Positions 1 to 13,640 of a stretch of DNA of 64,000 nucleotides are shown piece by piece. Source of the stretch: Felis catus. Its lineage: Eukaryota. A program made the position numbers and the translations under genes. The stretch lies in the NCBI RefSeq assembly GCF_018350175.1, contig NC_058368.1:177322001-177386000 (forward strand), given 5' to 3'. The notes under the pieces are model-generated. The model did no database searches. It was not told the origin of the DNA and saw only the letters and a list, made by a program, of their open reading frames with translations. How positions within the stretch are numbered: the first letter of the stretch is position 1; each line of letters opens with the position of its first letter.

Positions 1-1000
1 TCCATTTATATATGAGAACCAGGGAAATTACCGCGAGGTGGGTCCACTGATTACCTGGCTCCCTCCCATCCCCAGCTTACAGGAGACCAGGGGATGCTGC
101 AACTTAGATCCAGTGTCTCACAGTCCTTGAAAGATCTGGACATTTTATCTGAGTAAATTGGCTATCAGTCCCTTTGGGAGATGACTGGGGGATTCATGAC
201 TGTGTATACCCGAGGCAGTGATGCAGGGTCCATCCTCATGAGGACAGCTTTAGTAGACAGCTTTCAGGTCTAAAAACTGGGCCAGGTATCAAAACTCTAC
301 TGATACAGCTCCCCTCAGTTTCCTGAGAAGTCATCCTTGATTTCTTTTCATTGGTATAGTTTGAGTAATATCCTTTGGGAGGCCATCCATTCTGTGCATA
401 GAGGCACTGCATTCTCTTCACCACTCCCATGGGTCTCTGTGAGCCAGCCTCTGGGTTGCCACGCCATCTTGCCAGTCACACCTGTGGTTGCACTGACCTT
501 GCTTCAGACAGGTCAGCAGCACCACCTGGCCTCTATTCTTCTGTGATCCACTTGCTATCATGGAATCCTGTAGCAGCATCTCCTACTATCAGCCCTGGCT
601 CCTGGAGCCCAGCCCCCCTGAACTTCAGTCCTGTCTCTGTCCCTCTCACCAGCTCATTACTTACTGCATTGGAAGATGGGGCATGCTCTAGGTCCACCTG
701 CAGAATAGAATTGGAGAACATAGCTACTCTTTTTATCCCTTCTTCCATCATCTACGATGGCAGCTCTGGGATTTCTGCTTCACTTAGTGTTGGCCATTCT
801 AAAAGCCACCGAGTAACATGTTTAGTGCTTTCTCCTGGGGTCCTCGCCGGGATGTGAAGTGCTGTATCATATGGGAGGTGACCATGTTGATAAACTCTCC
901 CTTTTCTAATTATATTCTGTCCCCTTGATCCAGCATATGATCCTGTCTGCTGGTCCATGTTGGCTCCTTCTGGGTAAGAGTCTCTTTCTACCCGTAGCGG
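1..1000 (-). mobile_element. Decayed ERV-L class internal region (gag/protease remnant)
   Basis: Minus-strand translations give WPTLSEAEIPELP, EEGIKR, NELVRG, PGLIVGDAAT, RGQVVLL and a degraded DTGS protease motif, resembling ERV-L gag-pro; many stops and frameshifts. Confidence 0.75.
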
Positions 1001-1700
1001 GCACCTGTCTAGAGAGAGAGAAGCAGGACTAGGCAGAAGAGAAGATGAACCAATGCCGTTGCAGCAGAGGATTCGGCTGATCCCTCGGGGAACGTGGAGG
1101 TTGAACTGGCCTTTCTGCACCAACCAGCCATGTGGTGTGGGCTTCTGTGCAAAGGAAGCGTCACTGTGGTTGAGATGGCTTCCTTTTAGCCGAGGGTGAT
1201 AAAGACAAAAATTATTCTGACGCTTAAAAGGGCAAGGAGGACTTTATTCAAAATTATTGCAATAGGGATATTGCAGGAGGGGTGAGAGATTGGGCTCAAC
1301 TCCAAACAGAAGGATGCATGGGGGTTTACAACCAAGGACAGGGTGAGGAGGTCAGTGGATAGAAAATTACTAGGAGACATCGAGGGTAGGAGGTTCTTGC
1401 TAAACTGGCCAGGCAGGATTCTTACTAGAGGCAGGCCAAGGAATGAGGGATGAAGAATTTGGGATGAGGAACGGGGGTGAGGAGCTTGGTCAGATATCAA
1501 GGGTTGGGGAGGGTGGGTAGTTCTTGCTAAGCTGGACTCAGCAAGGATGGATGTGGAAGCTCAAGGTTGAGACCATTTGAGAAGAAGGCTCAGAGGGGCC
1601 TGAGTGGAGTTTGATCTTTGTCAAGGGCGGCTCCCAGGAAGGATCTCAGCTGTGAGCCATCAGCGAGTGTGGGAGTTCTCAGTCCTGCAGGGGGCATCAG
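1000..1700 (-). mobile_element. LTR16-like ERV-L LTR, interrupted by a MER31-like LTR
   Basis: gaagcaggactaggcagaagagaag...ggctgatccctcgggga resembles recalled LTR16 reverse complement; lies 5' of the gag remnant on the same strand. Confidence 0.55.
1197..1623 (-). mobile_element. MER31-like ERV1 solo LTR
   Basis: Minus strand begins TGACAAAG and ends TTTATCA, with internal AATAAA; flanked by 4-bp TSD AGGG (1193-1196, 1624-1627). Confidence 0.8.
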
Positions 1701-2186
1701 ACCTACCAGTGTCTGAAGTTAAGGTTCCCTTTGCCTGTTGACTGGTTGTCTGGGGGGGATTGATTAAAGACAGGTGAGCTGATCTGTTTTGAGGACAAGG
1801 GTATTTTCTAGCCTTGGCTTTTCCTCAAAAACTCTACCTGGGTAGATTCAAGCAGAGGACTGTTAGGTTGAAGTTGGAAAACAAATAGGGTCATTGGTGT
1901 GATTGGAGCCAAAACTAGAAACTTGGTTACTTCAGCCAACTTCGTTTTAGCCCACGTAGGCTCTGCAAGATAATGAATACACTAAATCGATTGGTGTCTG
2001 AGCCTCTCCCCTGACTGGGACGCAAAGATTATGGACCACCTGGAACAGGCCATGCAGCTGAGGGTGTCTTGTACCCATCACTCTGATGCAAAGAGCCAGA
2101 GGGAATAAATACGTCTGGGGGAAGGCTGAGGGTCAGGTAGAAGTACAAGTGGCTCCGACAGGGTCATTAAAGCAAACGCAACCCTT

Positions 2187-2416
2187 GGGGCGCCTGGGTG
2201 GCTCAGTCGGTTAAGCCTCCGACTTCAGCTCAGGTCACGATCTCACGGTCCGTGAGTTCGAGCCCTGAGTCAGGCTCTGGGCTGATGGCTCAGAGCCTGG
2301 AGCCTGCTTCCGATTCTGTGTCTCCCTCTCTCTCTGCCCCTCCCCCGTTCATGCTCTGTCTCTCTCTGTCTCAAAAATAAATAAACGTTAAAAAAAAAAA
2401 TTAAAAAAAAAAAAAA
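2187..2416 (+). mobile_element. Felid CanSINE, young
   Basis: GGGGCGCCTGGGTGGCTCAG head with A/B boxes, CT tract, A tail; TSD aaagcaaacgc(a/g)accc. Confidence 0.95.
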
Positions 2417-3555
2417 GCAAACGCGACCCAATTTTTCCTAGGGCTTTCCAGTTTCATGGTGCCAACGCATTCAACTTTCACAGACTTTTTTACTACAATT
2501 CACACAATGTAGGACATTGGATTCCTCAGTGTTTCCCTGGTTATTTCCGGGAATCTCTGGGGGTGTCTTATGTGAACCTACAAACTAAGTCCATTTAGAT
2601 GATCATCTAGTCCCCTTAATAACGTCTGCTGCCCAAAAACCTACTCGAGGGCAGTGCGTTGCCAGTCGCGATGCCACTGGTGAGCTCTATGGGAGTGAGA
2701 TGTTTTGATGGGGACGTAGTACCTTGCTTTTGTAGCCACAACCCTTCAAGGGACCAGTCTGGCCAGTCTTTCTGGGAGGCTTGCTCAGTGTTGAAGCCAG
2801 GATGAGTTCCAGACAGAGTGGGGTGCCTTCTGCCGAAAGAAGTTTTCTCGTTGCTTTGAGAGGCCCATGGGGAACCAAGCTCTCTTTCTCTCACAGCAAA
2901 TCCAGTGAGGGCACGGTAGCCATGGCTCCTGTGGAGAGCCATCTCACAGACCCAGGGGAACCAGCCTTGGCGTGAAGCTGACACTGTGGTCAGTAGATGG
3001 AAAGATAGACCATTGACAGTGAGACACTGGATCAATTGAATTTGAAGTCTCCCCTGCCCCTCTGCCCCACAAGATTTGCTATTATTTGAACAGATAAATT
3101 GACTATCTCTAGCCGGTTTGATTTTTTTTTTTTCATTTGCTCTCTGAAGGATTTTGACATATACTTAGCTCTTTTTTTTTTTTAATCTGTCTTTAAATCC
3201 TCTCTTGAAAGGACTCAGATGCAAATCCATGAAACTTGATTCTTTGCTGTTTGCAAATACCTGTTCTCTCCTCCAGCCAACACCCCCCGCCCGCCCCCAC
3301 TGCCCACAAATCCACTGAAGGTGGCCACACTTGCACATTAAACCTCAGCTCGGTATTCCAGCTGGGGCTCCCCAAATAAGGAGAACCTAGGGCAGTTATT
3401 GGGAGCCAGAGTATGGCATTGATGGCTGGAGAATCCGGGGGGTTGACAACAGGTACTCAAAACAAAAAGTTCTAGAATCAGACCTCTGGTTTCAAGTCCC
3501 CACTCCACCACTGGGGGACCAAGAAGAAAAGCAATTTTACTTCTCCATGCCTCAT

Positions 3556-3789
3556 TAAAATTTTTTTTAAATGTTTATTTATTTTTGAGAGAGAGAGAGA
3601 AAGATAGAGAGAAAGACAGAGCATGAGGGGGGAGAAAGTCAGAGAGAGAGGGATACATAGAATCCGAAACAGGCTCCAGGCTCTGAGCTGTCAGCACAGA
3701 GCCCAACGTGGGACCCCAACCCATGAACCATGAGATCATGACTTGAGCCGAAGTCGGACGCTCAACTGACTGAGCCACCCAGGCGCCCC
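3556..3789 (-). mobile_element. CanSINE inserted in a MIR remnant
   Basis: Full reverse-complement CanSINE. Confidence 0.92.
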
Positions 3790-6659
3790 TTCTGTGCCTT
3801 GTTTAAATTGGATTTGATAATAACAACTATCACAAAGTCATGAGGATTAAATGGAATAATGTATGGAAGGTGCTTAGAACAGAGCTTGGTATGCAGCAGG
3901 TACTTAATGTTTTCTGTTGGTGGCTATTTTAACGGGAAGCTGGTGTGATCACGTGAGAAGCAAGAAGGGAAGGTGTCTATTACTTGCCCTTAGCTCTTTC
4001 TGAGGTGAGCGGGCTCGGATCTTGGCAGAGTGTGCTCCAAGAGCTAGAGGCGGAATGGACAGTTCCTCCTGGGTGAAATCCTTTGCTGGCTGCCTCTTAC
4101 TTCGTACATTGAATCCAAACAACTTAGTGGTGGTGATGGGGTGGGGAGGGAGGAGGGTGAGTTATTGGTTGGCGTGTCTGAGAATACTCCCTTTCCTTCT
4201 TCTGTGTGGGGAATTATTCTGGATTTGAGGGTTCTGAAGGCCTCAGAAGGTGGCTCACCGCAGCTTTAAACTTCTTCTTTTCATCTTGCTTGGCCCCTGT
4301 TGCATCTTTATTGGGTTTATAAACTCTTTTTTCTCCTCTCTTTTAAAAATCACTGTTTATTTGTAGAGCCACTCGTTTTAAAACTTGAGCAATATCTTAA
4401 ATGTCATTTTTTTTTTTTTTTGCCCTGGTCTGCTCATAATGCATGAGCTAGTGTCTCTTACATAATGCACTCAGAGGCCTTTGAAAATAATGATTCCCAG
4501 CAAGCATTTAGCATGGGCAGTCATTACATAACATGGAAAAATGTACAACACCCACCATCAATTTGATCTAGTCTTTTACGGTTGGGGAGATAGGGGCCAC
4601 ATATAGACCTTGCCAATAGAACCGGTTACTTCATCCAGGGCAGGCTGAGTCTGCTAAAGGTTTCAAGGTGAGCCGATAGACCCCCAAGTTCACTAGTCAG
4701 TGTAGTGAGGTAACCAGCCAGATTCCGTCTTCAACTGGGTCATCTCTCTCAGACAACCAGCTTTGTTTATTTTCTCTTTCCACTGTATTGGCCAATGGAA
4801 TGGGATTAATTGGCCTGTTGTTTGGCATTGGGCACAGACACAGTTACAGTCAAATCGTTGGCCAATTCAGTGGGGGAGAAACATCTGTCAAACTTGTTGT
4901 TCCACTAGCTGATCTGGAAGGCCCGTGGAGACGCAACTGTCGTTAAGATCAGATGAGAAATATAGGCCCAGGGAACATGGTGGTTAGATGCCTTGTTTCC
5001 CTTTTTACACGGCTGTATAATATTTGTGGCCTGACACCCACTCTTCCTGCGTGATGCCTCAATTTTGGTAATGCATTCCGGATGACTGGCTGGTTGGTTA
5101 AACGGTTGATAGTAGAGGCCTTGCTGACAGGCGCGAGGCGCTTTGGAGTCAGAGGGATGTCGGTTTGTCACTTGGCCCTGCCAGGGATTGCTTGTGTGAC
5201 CTTTGGCAGTCGCCGTTCCTTTCTGAGCTTCAGTTTTCTGCAGTGTAAGTGGGAACAGTTTCAATACTTGCCTCACATCATGGTTATGAGGTGTTGGGAC
5301 CAACCATCCGGGTTTGCTGGAGACTGAGAGCGTTCCTGGGATGCAGGATTTTAGTTTTAAACTGGGGATAGTCCTGGGAAGACTGGGATGAGTGGGTCAC
5401 CTGGGTTGTGAAGATCACATAAGACAGGGCCTGTGGAGTATTTGAGGCATGCGGAAAACCTTTCACAAAGGTTGAGAATATTATTTACTGTCTAGATTTT
5501 GACCGAGGTTTACTGGAGCTAGTAAAAAAAGAGGTGCTCCTTCCCTCAAGATGGCATGAGTTCCCACAGCATAGGATGGGCCCCTCTCCTCTCCCATATT
5601 GGACACTGTCTCTCTCAATTCTTCATTCACATGAGGTGAGGTTGGCAGGCTTTTTGAGTTTCGGGGACACTCGATCTAAGAAAGGCCCAGAGCTTGTCCT
5701 CGGGGTCCAGAACGCACTGACCTCAAAGTCAGGAAGCCTGTGCTTGGTGCCCTGCTCTGTCACCTCCTAGTTGTATATATGGGACACTAGCACTTTACTT
5801 CTGAGAGTCTCAGTTTCCTCAAAGAGAGAACAATCCAGTTGCCTCCCGAGGCTCTTGTGAGGTTCAAACGACATCATGCATGTCAAAGGGCTTTCCTGAA
5901 CCACGAACCATCGTTCAGATGTGAGTGCTTTATCAGCAGCGCTGGCTTAGCCTCAGGAGAGAAGTGGCAGCAGAAACCTGGACTCTACATTTCGGCCAAA
6001 AATTCAATAGTTTTCCACCTTGCCACTGGGCACCCTTAGTGTGCCAGCCCCCTGCTGTGTGCTGTATGAATGCTTGTGGTCTATAAACAAGTAAGTTCAA
6101 TGTCATGTGTTGAGTGAGGAGAGGGGGTGGGGCTGGATGCTGCAGGAGCCTCAAGGAGAGGGAACCCTGGTCTGCTGCAACAGGAACCCTGAGGAGAGAG
6201 GCAGGTAGCCCAGCACGAGGGGTTCGAGAATGGCTAATGTGTGAAGGAAGCAGGTTCCAGGCACAAGGAACAGCCTGAGCAGATGTGAAGGAGAGGAGCT
6301 TCAGAGTGCGTGCAGGAAACTCCGAGTGTTTCTATGTCATGGCACGTAACTTTTGAAGTAAGAACATGATAGAAGGCAAGGTAGATGGGGGCCAGATCAC
6401 GAAAGGCCTCCAATGCTGTGTTCGTGTGGCGTCCTTTTGTTGTAAGAGGCAACCAGATGAAGGTAAGATAAAAGAACAGAAAGAAAGGATTTGTTGAAGG
6501 ATGCCGGGAGAGTTCAGAGAATTGAGGGCAGCAGTACAGAAAAACTAGATTTGACAGTTCCTGGTCTCTGTCTCTCACTCTTTCCTACCTTCAGTTACCA
6601 TCTTTCCTATCACACGTGGCCAACATGACAAGGAACATGGTCATCAATAGCCAGAGTCA

Positions 6660-6660
<1 letters not shown>

Positions 6661-6699
<39 letters not shown>

Positions 6700-6730
6700 C
6701 ATCCATCCATCTATTTATCTATCTATCTAT
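6661..6730. repeat. Compound (ATCT)n/(ATCC)n tetranucleotide microsatellite
   Basis: ATCTx9, ATCCx3, then further ATCT units. Confidence 0.95.
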
Positions 6731-6917
6731 GAGGGAGAGAGAGAGAGAAAGCACAAGCAGGGGAGGGGCAGAGGGGGAGGGAGAGAGAGAGAATCTTAAG
6801 CAGGCTCCATGCTCAGCATCAAGCCCATTGGAGTGCTTGAGTTCATGACCATGAGATCATGACCTGAGCTGAAATCAAGAGTCGGAGTCTTAACTGACTG
6901 AGCCACCCAGGTGCCCC
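6731..6917 (-). mobile_element. CanSINE (older subtype) whose tail is replaced by the microsatellite
   Basis: Reverse-complement head ends ccacccaggtgcccc. Confidence 0.9.
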
Positions 6918-7168
6918 TGGAGTCACATCTTTCTAAGTCTATCCTCCAAATTGAAGAATCTTTCCTCCCAGTTTCAGGAGAAAAATTCCAGGAGAGGTCT
7001 CTGATTGGTTGTGTTTGGATCATATGCCAGTTTTTGGACCAATCGCTGTAGCCAAGGGGATAGGACGTTGGGATTGGCTCTGTGTGGTCATGTGCCTGTC
7101 CTTGCATTCACTTTATCCCCAGACAGAAGTAAGAGGAAAAGGTGCTGGGAAGGCAATGGTTATAAATA

Positions 7169-7822
7169 CAGTTGATCCCCATTATTCACAGATTCCATAT
7201 TTTCAAGTTTGCTTACTAAAATTTATTTGTAATCCCCACACCAGCACTCATAGTGCTTTTGTGGTCGCTGACGGATGCGTGGAGAGCAAAGAAAAATTTA
7301 TGTCACCTGATGCGCACATTCCTAGCTCAGGACGAACAAGGTGATGCTTGCCCTCCTGTTTCAGCTCTCAAACTGCAACCAAGTGTCTTTGTCATGGTCT
7401 ATTTAATGCCATGTTTTCCCCTTTTTTTGTGTGTGCTTTTTCATGGTGATTTCACTATTTAAAATGGCTTCCAAGCATAGCGCTGAGGCGCTGTCTAGCG
7501 ATCCTAAGCTCATGAAAGATATGTTGTGCCTTATGGAGAAAACATGTGTGTTAGATAAGTTTCATGGACGCATGAGTTGTAGTCCTATTGGCAGTGAGTT
7601 CACTGTTAATGAATCACCAGCATATATTAGTATATATGTAAAAATTAAACCAAAACACACACACAACAAGGTTACATATTATCGGTTGACAAAAATGTTG
7701 TGATCAGAGGCTCACAGGACTCTAAATGCATTTCCCCCAAGAGGAATAGTTTAGTATTCACTAATACAGTGTTGGCAGTGACTTTATAGAACTTGGCTAC
7801 TTTGGATAACAAGAATGGACTG
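7169..7822 (+). mobile_element. MER82-like TcMar-Tigger DNA transposon
   Basis: TA|CAGTTGATCCCCATTATTC start and ATAACAAGAATGGACTG end form degenerate terminal inverted repeats; internal sequence matches recalled MER82. Confidence 0.8.
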
Positions 7823-7886
7823 TTGTATGTAAAATGTTCTATGTAAAAGAGCTTACACTTTATTCTGGAAGAAACAGGGAACCACT

Positions 7887-7918
<32 letters not shown>

Positions 7919-8709
7919 CAGTAGAGAGACACATATGATTTGTGTTTGAGAAAGTCCCTCTGGCTACTGGGTGGAGAGAGGATTGGAGGAGCCAAGACTG
8001 AAGACAGGAAGAACAGTTAGAAGGTGGTATTGACCCTAAGTGAGAGATAATGAGGCCCAACGCAGGAAGTGGTGCTGGGGATGCAGAGAAGGGGATGAAT
8101 TTGAGAGTGGTATTTAATAGGCAAAGTTGGCAAGGATGGGAACTCACTGATGAAAGCAGCAGGGAAGGAGAACCCCACACTTCTCAGTGCTTTAAAAATA
8201 CCTACATCTGAATTTTATTTTCAAATTAAAGAAATGTCTCACTGGTCTGAGCCATGTGTTTCCTTCCACGAGAGGTGGTGGGGACCCTCAGCCTTCGGAG
8301 GGGGGCAGAGCAGCTGTAAGGGCTGGTGTTTGGGGACAGGCACACTTTCTCCCAGCGCCCTCTCTGTAAACTGCACGCAGGAGCAGCTGTGTTTTCTCTG
8401 CCTCCTTACATCATCGCCAGTCATAAAAACCCTACCGGGGGGAATTGTGCTGGCGATCTGGGCTGTGATGTATGAGACAAAGGAGTCCAGGGGCCGGTTT
8501 CAGAGTTTGTACAGTTAAGATTCCTGCTGGTTGGGAGAGAAGGCAGGTTGGACCTGGCACGTGTTACGTTTGACGATCGTCTACGGTCATTCTCCAGGTC
8601 AATAATTTCCTGGCTTTAAGCAGCTCTGGCTGATTAGTTCAACCCTCGTCTTTTTTTTTTTTTTTTTTTTAAGGATTGTTCTGAACCTTATTTTTTTTAG
8701 ACATCACCA

Positions 8710-8740
8710 TTTTTAAAAAAAAATTTAATGTTTATTTATT

Positions 8741-8798
<58 letters not shown>

Positions 8799-8961
8799 TG
8801 GGTGGGGGAGGGTCAGAGAGAGGAAGACACAGAATCCGAAGCAAGCTCCAGGCTCTGAGCTGTCTGCACAGAGCCTGATGTGGGGCTCGAACCCATGAGC
8901 CATGGGATCATGATCTGAGCCGAAGTCTGATGTTCAACTGACTGAGCTGCCTAGGCATCCC
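8710..8961 (-). mobile_element. CanSINE with long (GA)n
   Basis: Reverse-complement CanSINE with (GA)n at about 8743-8794. Confidence 0.92.
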
Positions 8962-11900
8962 AACCCTGGCCTTTAATACAGCTGGTGCACCCCAGCAAGG
9001 TGCTGCAGCTGGGCTGGAGCACCTCCCTGGCCCTCCCCACTCTCCTCCAGTGGATCTCCAGGTCTCTGGCTCCTTGATTACAGATGACCTGTTTTCCTTG
9101 CCTTTAGAGTTCTGCTTCAGCACTTTCCTCTGGCTGACCCATTGTAACACCTCCCCTGGGGCGCGCTGTAGACTTGTGTCTACATATCTTGGCTCTCTCC
9201 CTATGGAATAGGGTGTGTAAGAACCTAGTCCTGCTCCTGCACACTCTGGACGTTTGTGTGGCCCTGCTCTGCCAGTAGGCAAGGATCTGAGCTAAATACC
9301 TATCCTTGTTTTAGGAGGAAATGTCCATCTGTTGAATTGGATCCTACCAGGCGCTCGTGCAGGACATATAAGTGTAAAAAATAAATCTTTCAGTATATGT
9401 CCTATATTAACACTAACTCACGTTGTAGAGTGTTCACCATGTACCAAGCACTGTGCTGAAGGCATTTACTTGATTTACCTACTCTAATCCCCATGACCAC
9501 CTTATTGGGTAGTTTCCCATCCCTTCTCCATTTTATTGCTGAGAAAATGAGGCATAGAGAGGTCCAGGAGGGTGTCCTAAGTCCTGTTGCTTGTGAGGAT
9601 GTCAGTCCAGGGTGGTTGATTCTAAAGCTTTTACTCTTTACTGATACACTGATATCATTGCTGATGAACACCTTCCAGGAACCGCATGCTTGCTAAGTGG
9701 GCCTCTCTGGCCAGCGTCTGACCCCGTCAGGGTGCAAGAAAATCCAATGAGTCAGAGCTCAGCAATTCCCCAGGGCCGTGCCCATCACACGCCTGGAAAT
9801 GTGGATTCTTCAGCTTTCAGGATTTAGGAACTCATCTGGAGTTCCACCAGCACACACGCTTTTTATATTATTTTATTCTGGGCATTTTTCTTTACATAAG
9901 TAACACATGACTTTATTCTCATTGTGAACATTTCAAGAATATTCCAACGAGAATGTGAAAGTTCGTCCTTACCTCTCTTTCTTCCCCTTTTCCTCCGCTG
10001 GGTGGCCACGATTAATAGTTTACCACCCCTTCTCCCTGTCCACTTTCTATGCGTTTCCTGGCATATGTGGGGTCTTTGCGCCCCCCCACCCCCTTTTGAA
10101 TACACGGGATCAGCTTAACCACACTGTTGTGCAACTTGATTTTTTTTTTCACTTACTATATCTTAGAGGCCTTTCCATGACAGTCCCTGTCCTTTTCCCT
10201 GATTCATTTGAATGGGTAAGTAGTACTCCATATTGTGGATTTACCATAATTTATTTAACCTACTTGACCAGGCACTTTTAAGCAATGCAGATCATTCGAG
10301 AAAGTAAACGATCCATGGTTACTAGGTGGTAAGAAAATAAATAACAAAGACTCACGTGGGAGACAGTTGTCAAAAGTGGAATGCTAATTAGGGTATAGGG
10401 AGAGATAAGGGGTGGGGCTAGAACCCCCGTCCCCCCCCAGCTTTGACCCAGAACATCACCTGCCTGCTTCTGTCTTCTCCACTCAGCTCCCCACCTGGCT
10501 GCGGGCTCTGCAATCTTCCCTAATATTAACCTTTCCCACAGAGTGATGTCATGCTCCTTCTCCATCCGGTCCTTTCAGTCCTCTCTGACCATGGAACCGC
10601 CACGTGACCATGTGACCCCTTCCTGCTGCCATCCAAAGGAGGTTCGGACACAGGATGCCTGAGTTCCAGGACCATCTTGGCACCATGCAATGCCACGGGG
10701 ACAGCCGCTGGTTATAACTTGCTGGCTAAAAGGCACCAGAAAGGCCGCCTGTAGCAACTCAGATTCCACCTAGGCATCTCACCCAGTTTTACTCAGTAAA
10801 ACCCAAACACCCATTTTTGTTGAGACTTTGACGAGCCCTTGAAGCCACCAAGGGCCCGGCTTGCCTGGGCACGAGTCTGAAATATGTCAGGCAGGTGTTT
10901 CCAAAGAACTTATGCTACAGGAAAATATATCCTGATGTAATCTGACTAATTTGGCTTTTGCCTCACTTTCAGGAGAACTAGCTATTTGTAATGGAAACAG
11001 TTCTCGGGCCACTTCAGACGGGGCTTTGTAATGTGAGCTGGTTAAACCCTGCAGGTGCTACGGAGGCCCCTGTTTTCATTTTACATCTCAAGTTTGTTTA
11101 CTTTAATGTATTTCTCTGGGAGGGGGGGAAGAAAGTGACCCGGGAGGGGTTTCACAAGTCATTTTTCATTTCGAAAAAAGAAATGGTTTTGTATTAAGAA
11201 AATTAGCGTCGAGCGGGCCCCCGGAGTCCTGCTGGCGACAGGAAGCACACATGGCCTAGGAGGATATGTTTCCTGAGACTAATTCCCCAAAGATGTGTGT
11301 TCAGGAGCCGACATACCTGGGGCCCTTGGCAGGGGCATCAATTAGAGAGCGGGAAGCCGTGTTTCCCTTGCTAATTCTTGGCTACCGAATAGGGGTTACT
11401 GAAAGCTCCTTCTTCCCCCCTCAGAGTTAGGTGGTTTTGAAAATTGTAAAATTATGAATTCAACCTTGTTTTCAATCAAGAGAGGGGGAAATGGCTTCCA
11501 GGGTGCAAAGCCCGTGTGATGGGTGGAGAGGGCCATACTTCCAGAGCACCCAGTGCCAGCCATCAGTACCGGCCCGACGCAGGTGAGGGTGGCCCCAAAC
11601 AAGAGGTCGGTGGCGGTGGGGGTGTCAGGGTTGCTGCAGGCCCCGCCCCAGGGGCAGAGAAGAGACGAGGGAAATGAGAGGAACCCTGTCAGTTTCCCAA
11701 CATTACTTTATTCAGGTTGAGGGCAGCAGATAGCTATCATTAGCCTAGAAAATACGAGGTGTTTGTCACCTATGGCTCTCCTGTGCCCTGGAGATGGGGT
11801 TCGTTGAGACTTGTACCCCAATTCCCTGCCCTCGATGGGAAAGCTGAGTGCGTGTTCCCCCATATGGCATTCCCTGTGGAGAATGTTTTCACACTTCCCG

Positions 11901-12346
11901 CTCCCTCCTGGACCCTGTGTTTGCATGGGCTGCCTTGAGACTGGGCCATGTCCGTCTGTGCAGGGAGTTTGACCCCTTCTCTGGTTTTACCTAGAAAATC
12001 AGGCATGTCATGAATTTGGCAACGTCACTGACCCTTGGGGAGGGTATAAGGAGTGGGTGCTTTTAGAGCACACAGCCTTCCGCCATCTTGTGTGTCTATC
12101 TGGGTTTTTTCCTTCCCTCCCTCTGTCTTCTTCCCTCTCTGGAGAAATGAACAAAGTTATCGTCTTTCCTCCTAGAGAAGAGCCCCTTTCTCACATACTC
12201 AGGTGCCATGATTGGCTCACACCCCTGCTCAAATACTTTTCCTCTCCTAAGGAGAATTCCTTAGGTGAATTAAATGAACTAAATGTTCAACTCAAGCATA
12301 AAAGTACCCATAGGCACCTCGCAGAGCATTTAAAGTAGTGTTACAT

Positions 12347-12574
12347 GCCCTCCCGCACGTTCTCACTCTCTCTCTTTCTCAAAATAAATAAGTAAACTTA
12401 AAAAAAAAAAAAAAAGAGGCATCTGGGTGGCTCAGTCTATTAAGCGTCTGACTCTTAATCTCAGCTCAGGTCATGATCTTGCGGTTTGTGAATTCCAGCC
12501 CCACGTTGGGCTCTGCACTGGCAGTGTGGAGCCTGCTTGGTATTCTATATTTCCCTCTCTCTGCCCCTCCTGCA

Positions 12575-12626
<52 letters not shown>

Positions 12627-12812
12627 ATAAATAAACTTAAAAAAAACACACACAAAACGGGGCACCTGGGTGGCTCAGTTGGTTAAGTGTCCAACTTCAG
12701 CTCAGGTCACCATCTATGGTTCGTGAGTTTGGGCCCCAAATAGGGCTCTGTGCTGACAGCTTGGAACCTGGAGCCTCCTTCAGATTCTGTGTCTCCTTCT
12801 CTGCCCCTCACC

Positions 12813-12864
<52 letters not shown>

Positions 12865-12885
12865 AAAAATACACATTAAAAAAAC
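12347..12885 (+). mobile_element. Tandem cluster of three CanSINEs (3' remnant 12347-12415; 12417-12645; 12659-12885)
   Basis: Successive heads follow directly after A tails. Confidence 0.9.
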
Positions 12886-13640
12886 CCCAAAGACGAAAAC
12901 CCCAAAACCCTCAAAAATCCCAAAGACAAAACCAAAACAAGGGTTTTATACATATAGATCCATGGAGTCATATGTGATCCTAGCCAATTCAAACTGAAAA
13001 AGGCTTTGGAGAACCACTAATCTAAACCTTCATTTTACAGGTTAGGAAACAGATACCCAAAAAGGGGAAGGGACTTACCCAGGGTCACCATGAAGTAGTG
13101 GGGAAGGTGAACTAAGAACCTGGACTTCCTGACGCCTGTCCCAGTGCTCTTTGCTCTGGGCCATGTATCTTTAGCCACCTCCTTGCCCCATTTCTTTAAA
13201 GGCTGCTCTCAGGAAGGTATTTGAGTGCATACCAGCACACTCCATGATAAATCTTGTTGCTACTTTCTATTACATCTCTTTCAAATTCATCCTTCCCTCT
13301 CCTTTCCCATCTGGTAGGGGGAAGGATGGAAGGCAGACAGAGTAAAACAGTTTGATCTGAATTCATTGTACCTTGAGATGTGATAACTATTTGCTGGATA
13401 AAGTCAAGTTAATGAAGAACGACTTTGAAGATTATAATGCTCAATATTTGGGAGGCTTTGGTTGGGACACAACTCCTGGGCAATGCTGGTGGGAACTGAT
13501 ACAATGTTACCCAAAAGTAATTTGGTAATATGTATCATGAATTTTAATAATATCATCTGTTATGTTTTGCTAAACTTTTAAACCGAATGATAACATGATA
13601 CAGTTTCCATGCATGAGCCTTAAGTGAAGAGCTTGATGAA

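Noticed and set aside
2187..2270. tRNA-like A/B boxes (TGGCTCAGTCGG, GTTCGAGCC)
   Set aside because: tRNA-derived SINE head, not a tRNA gene.
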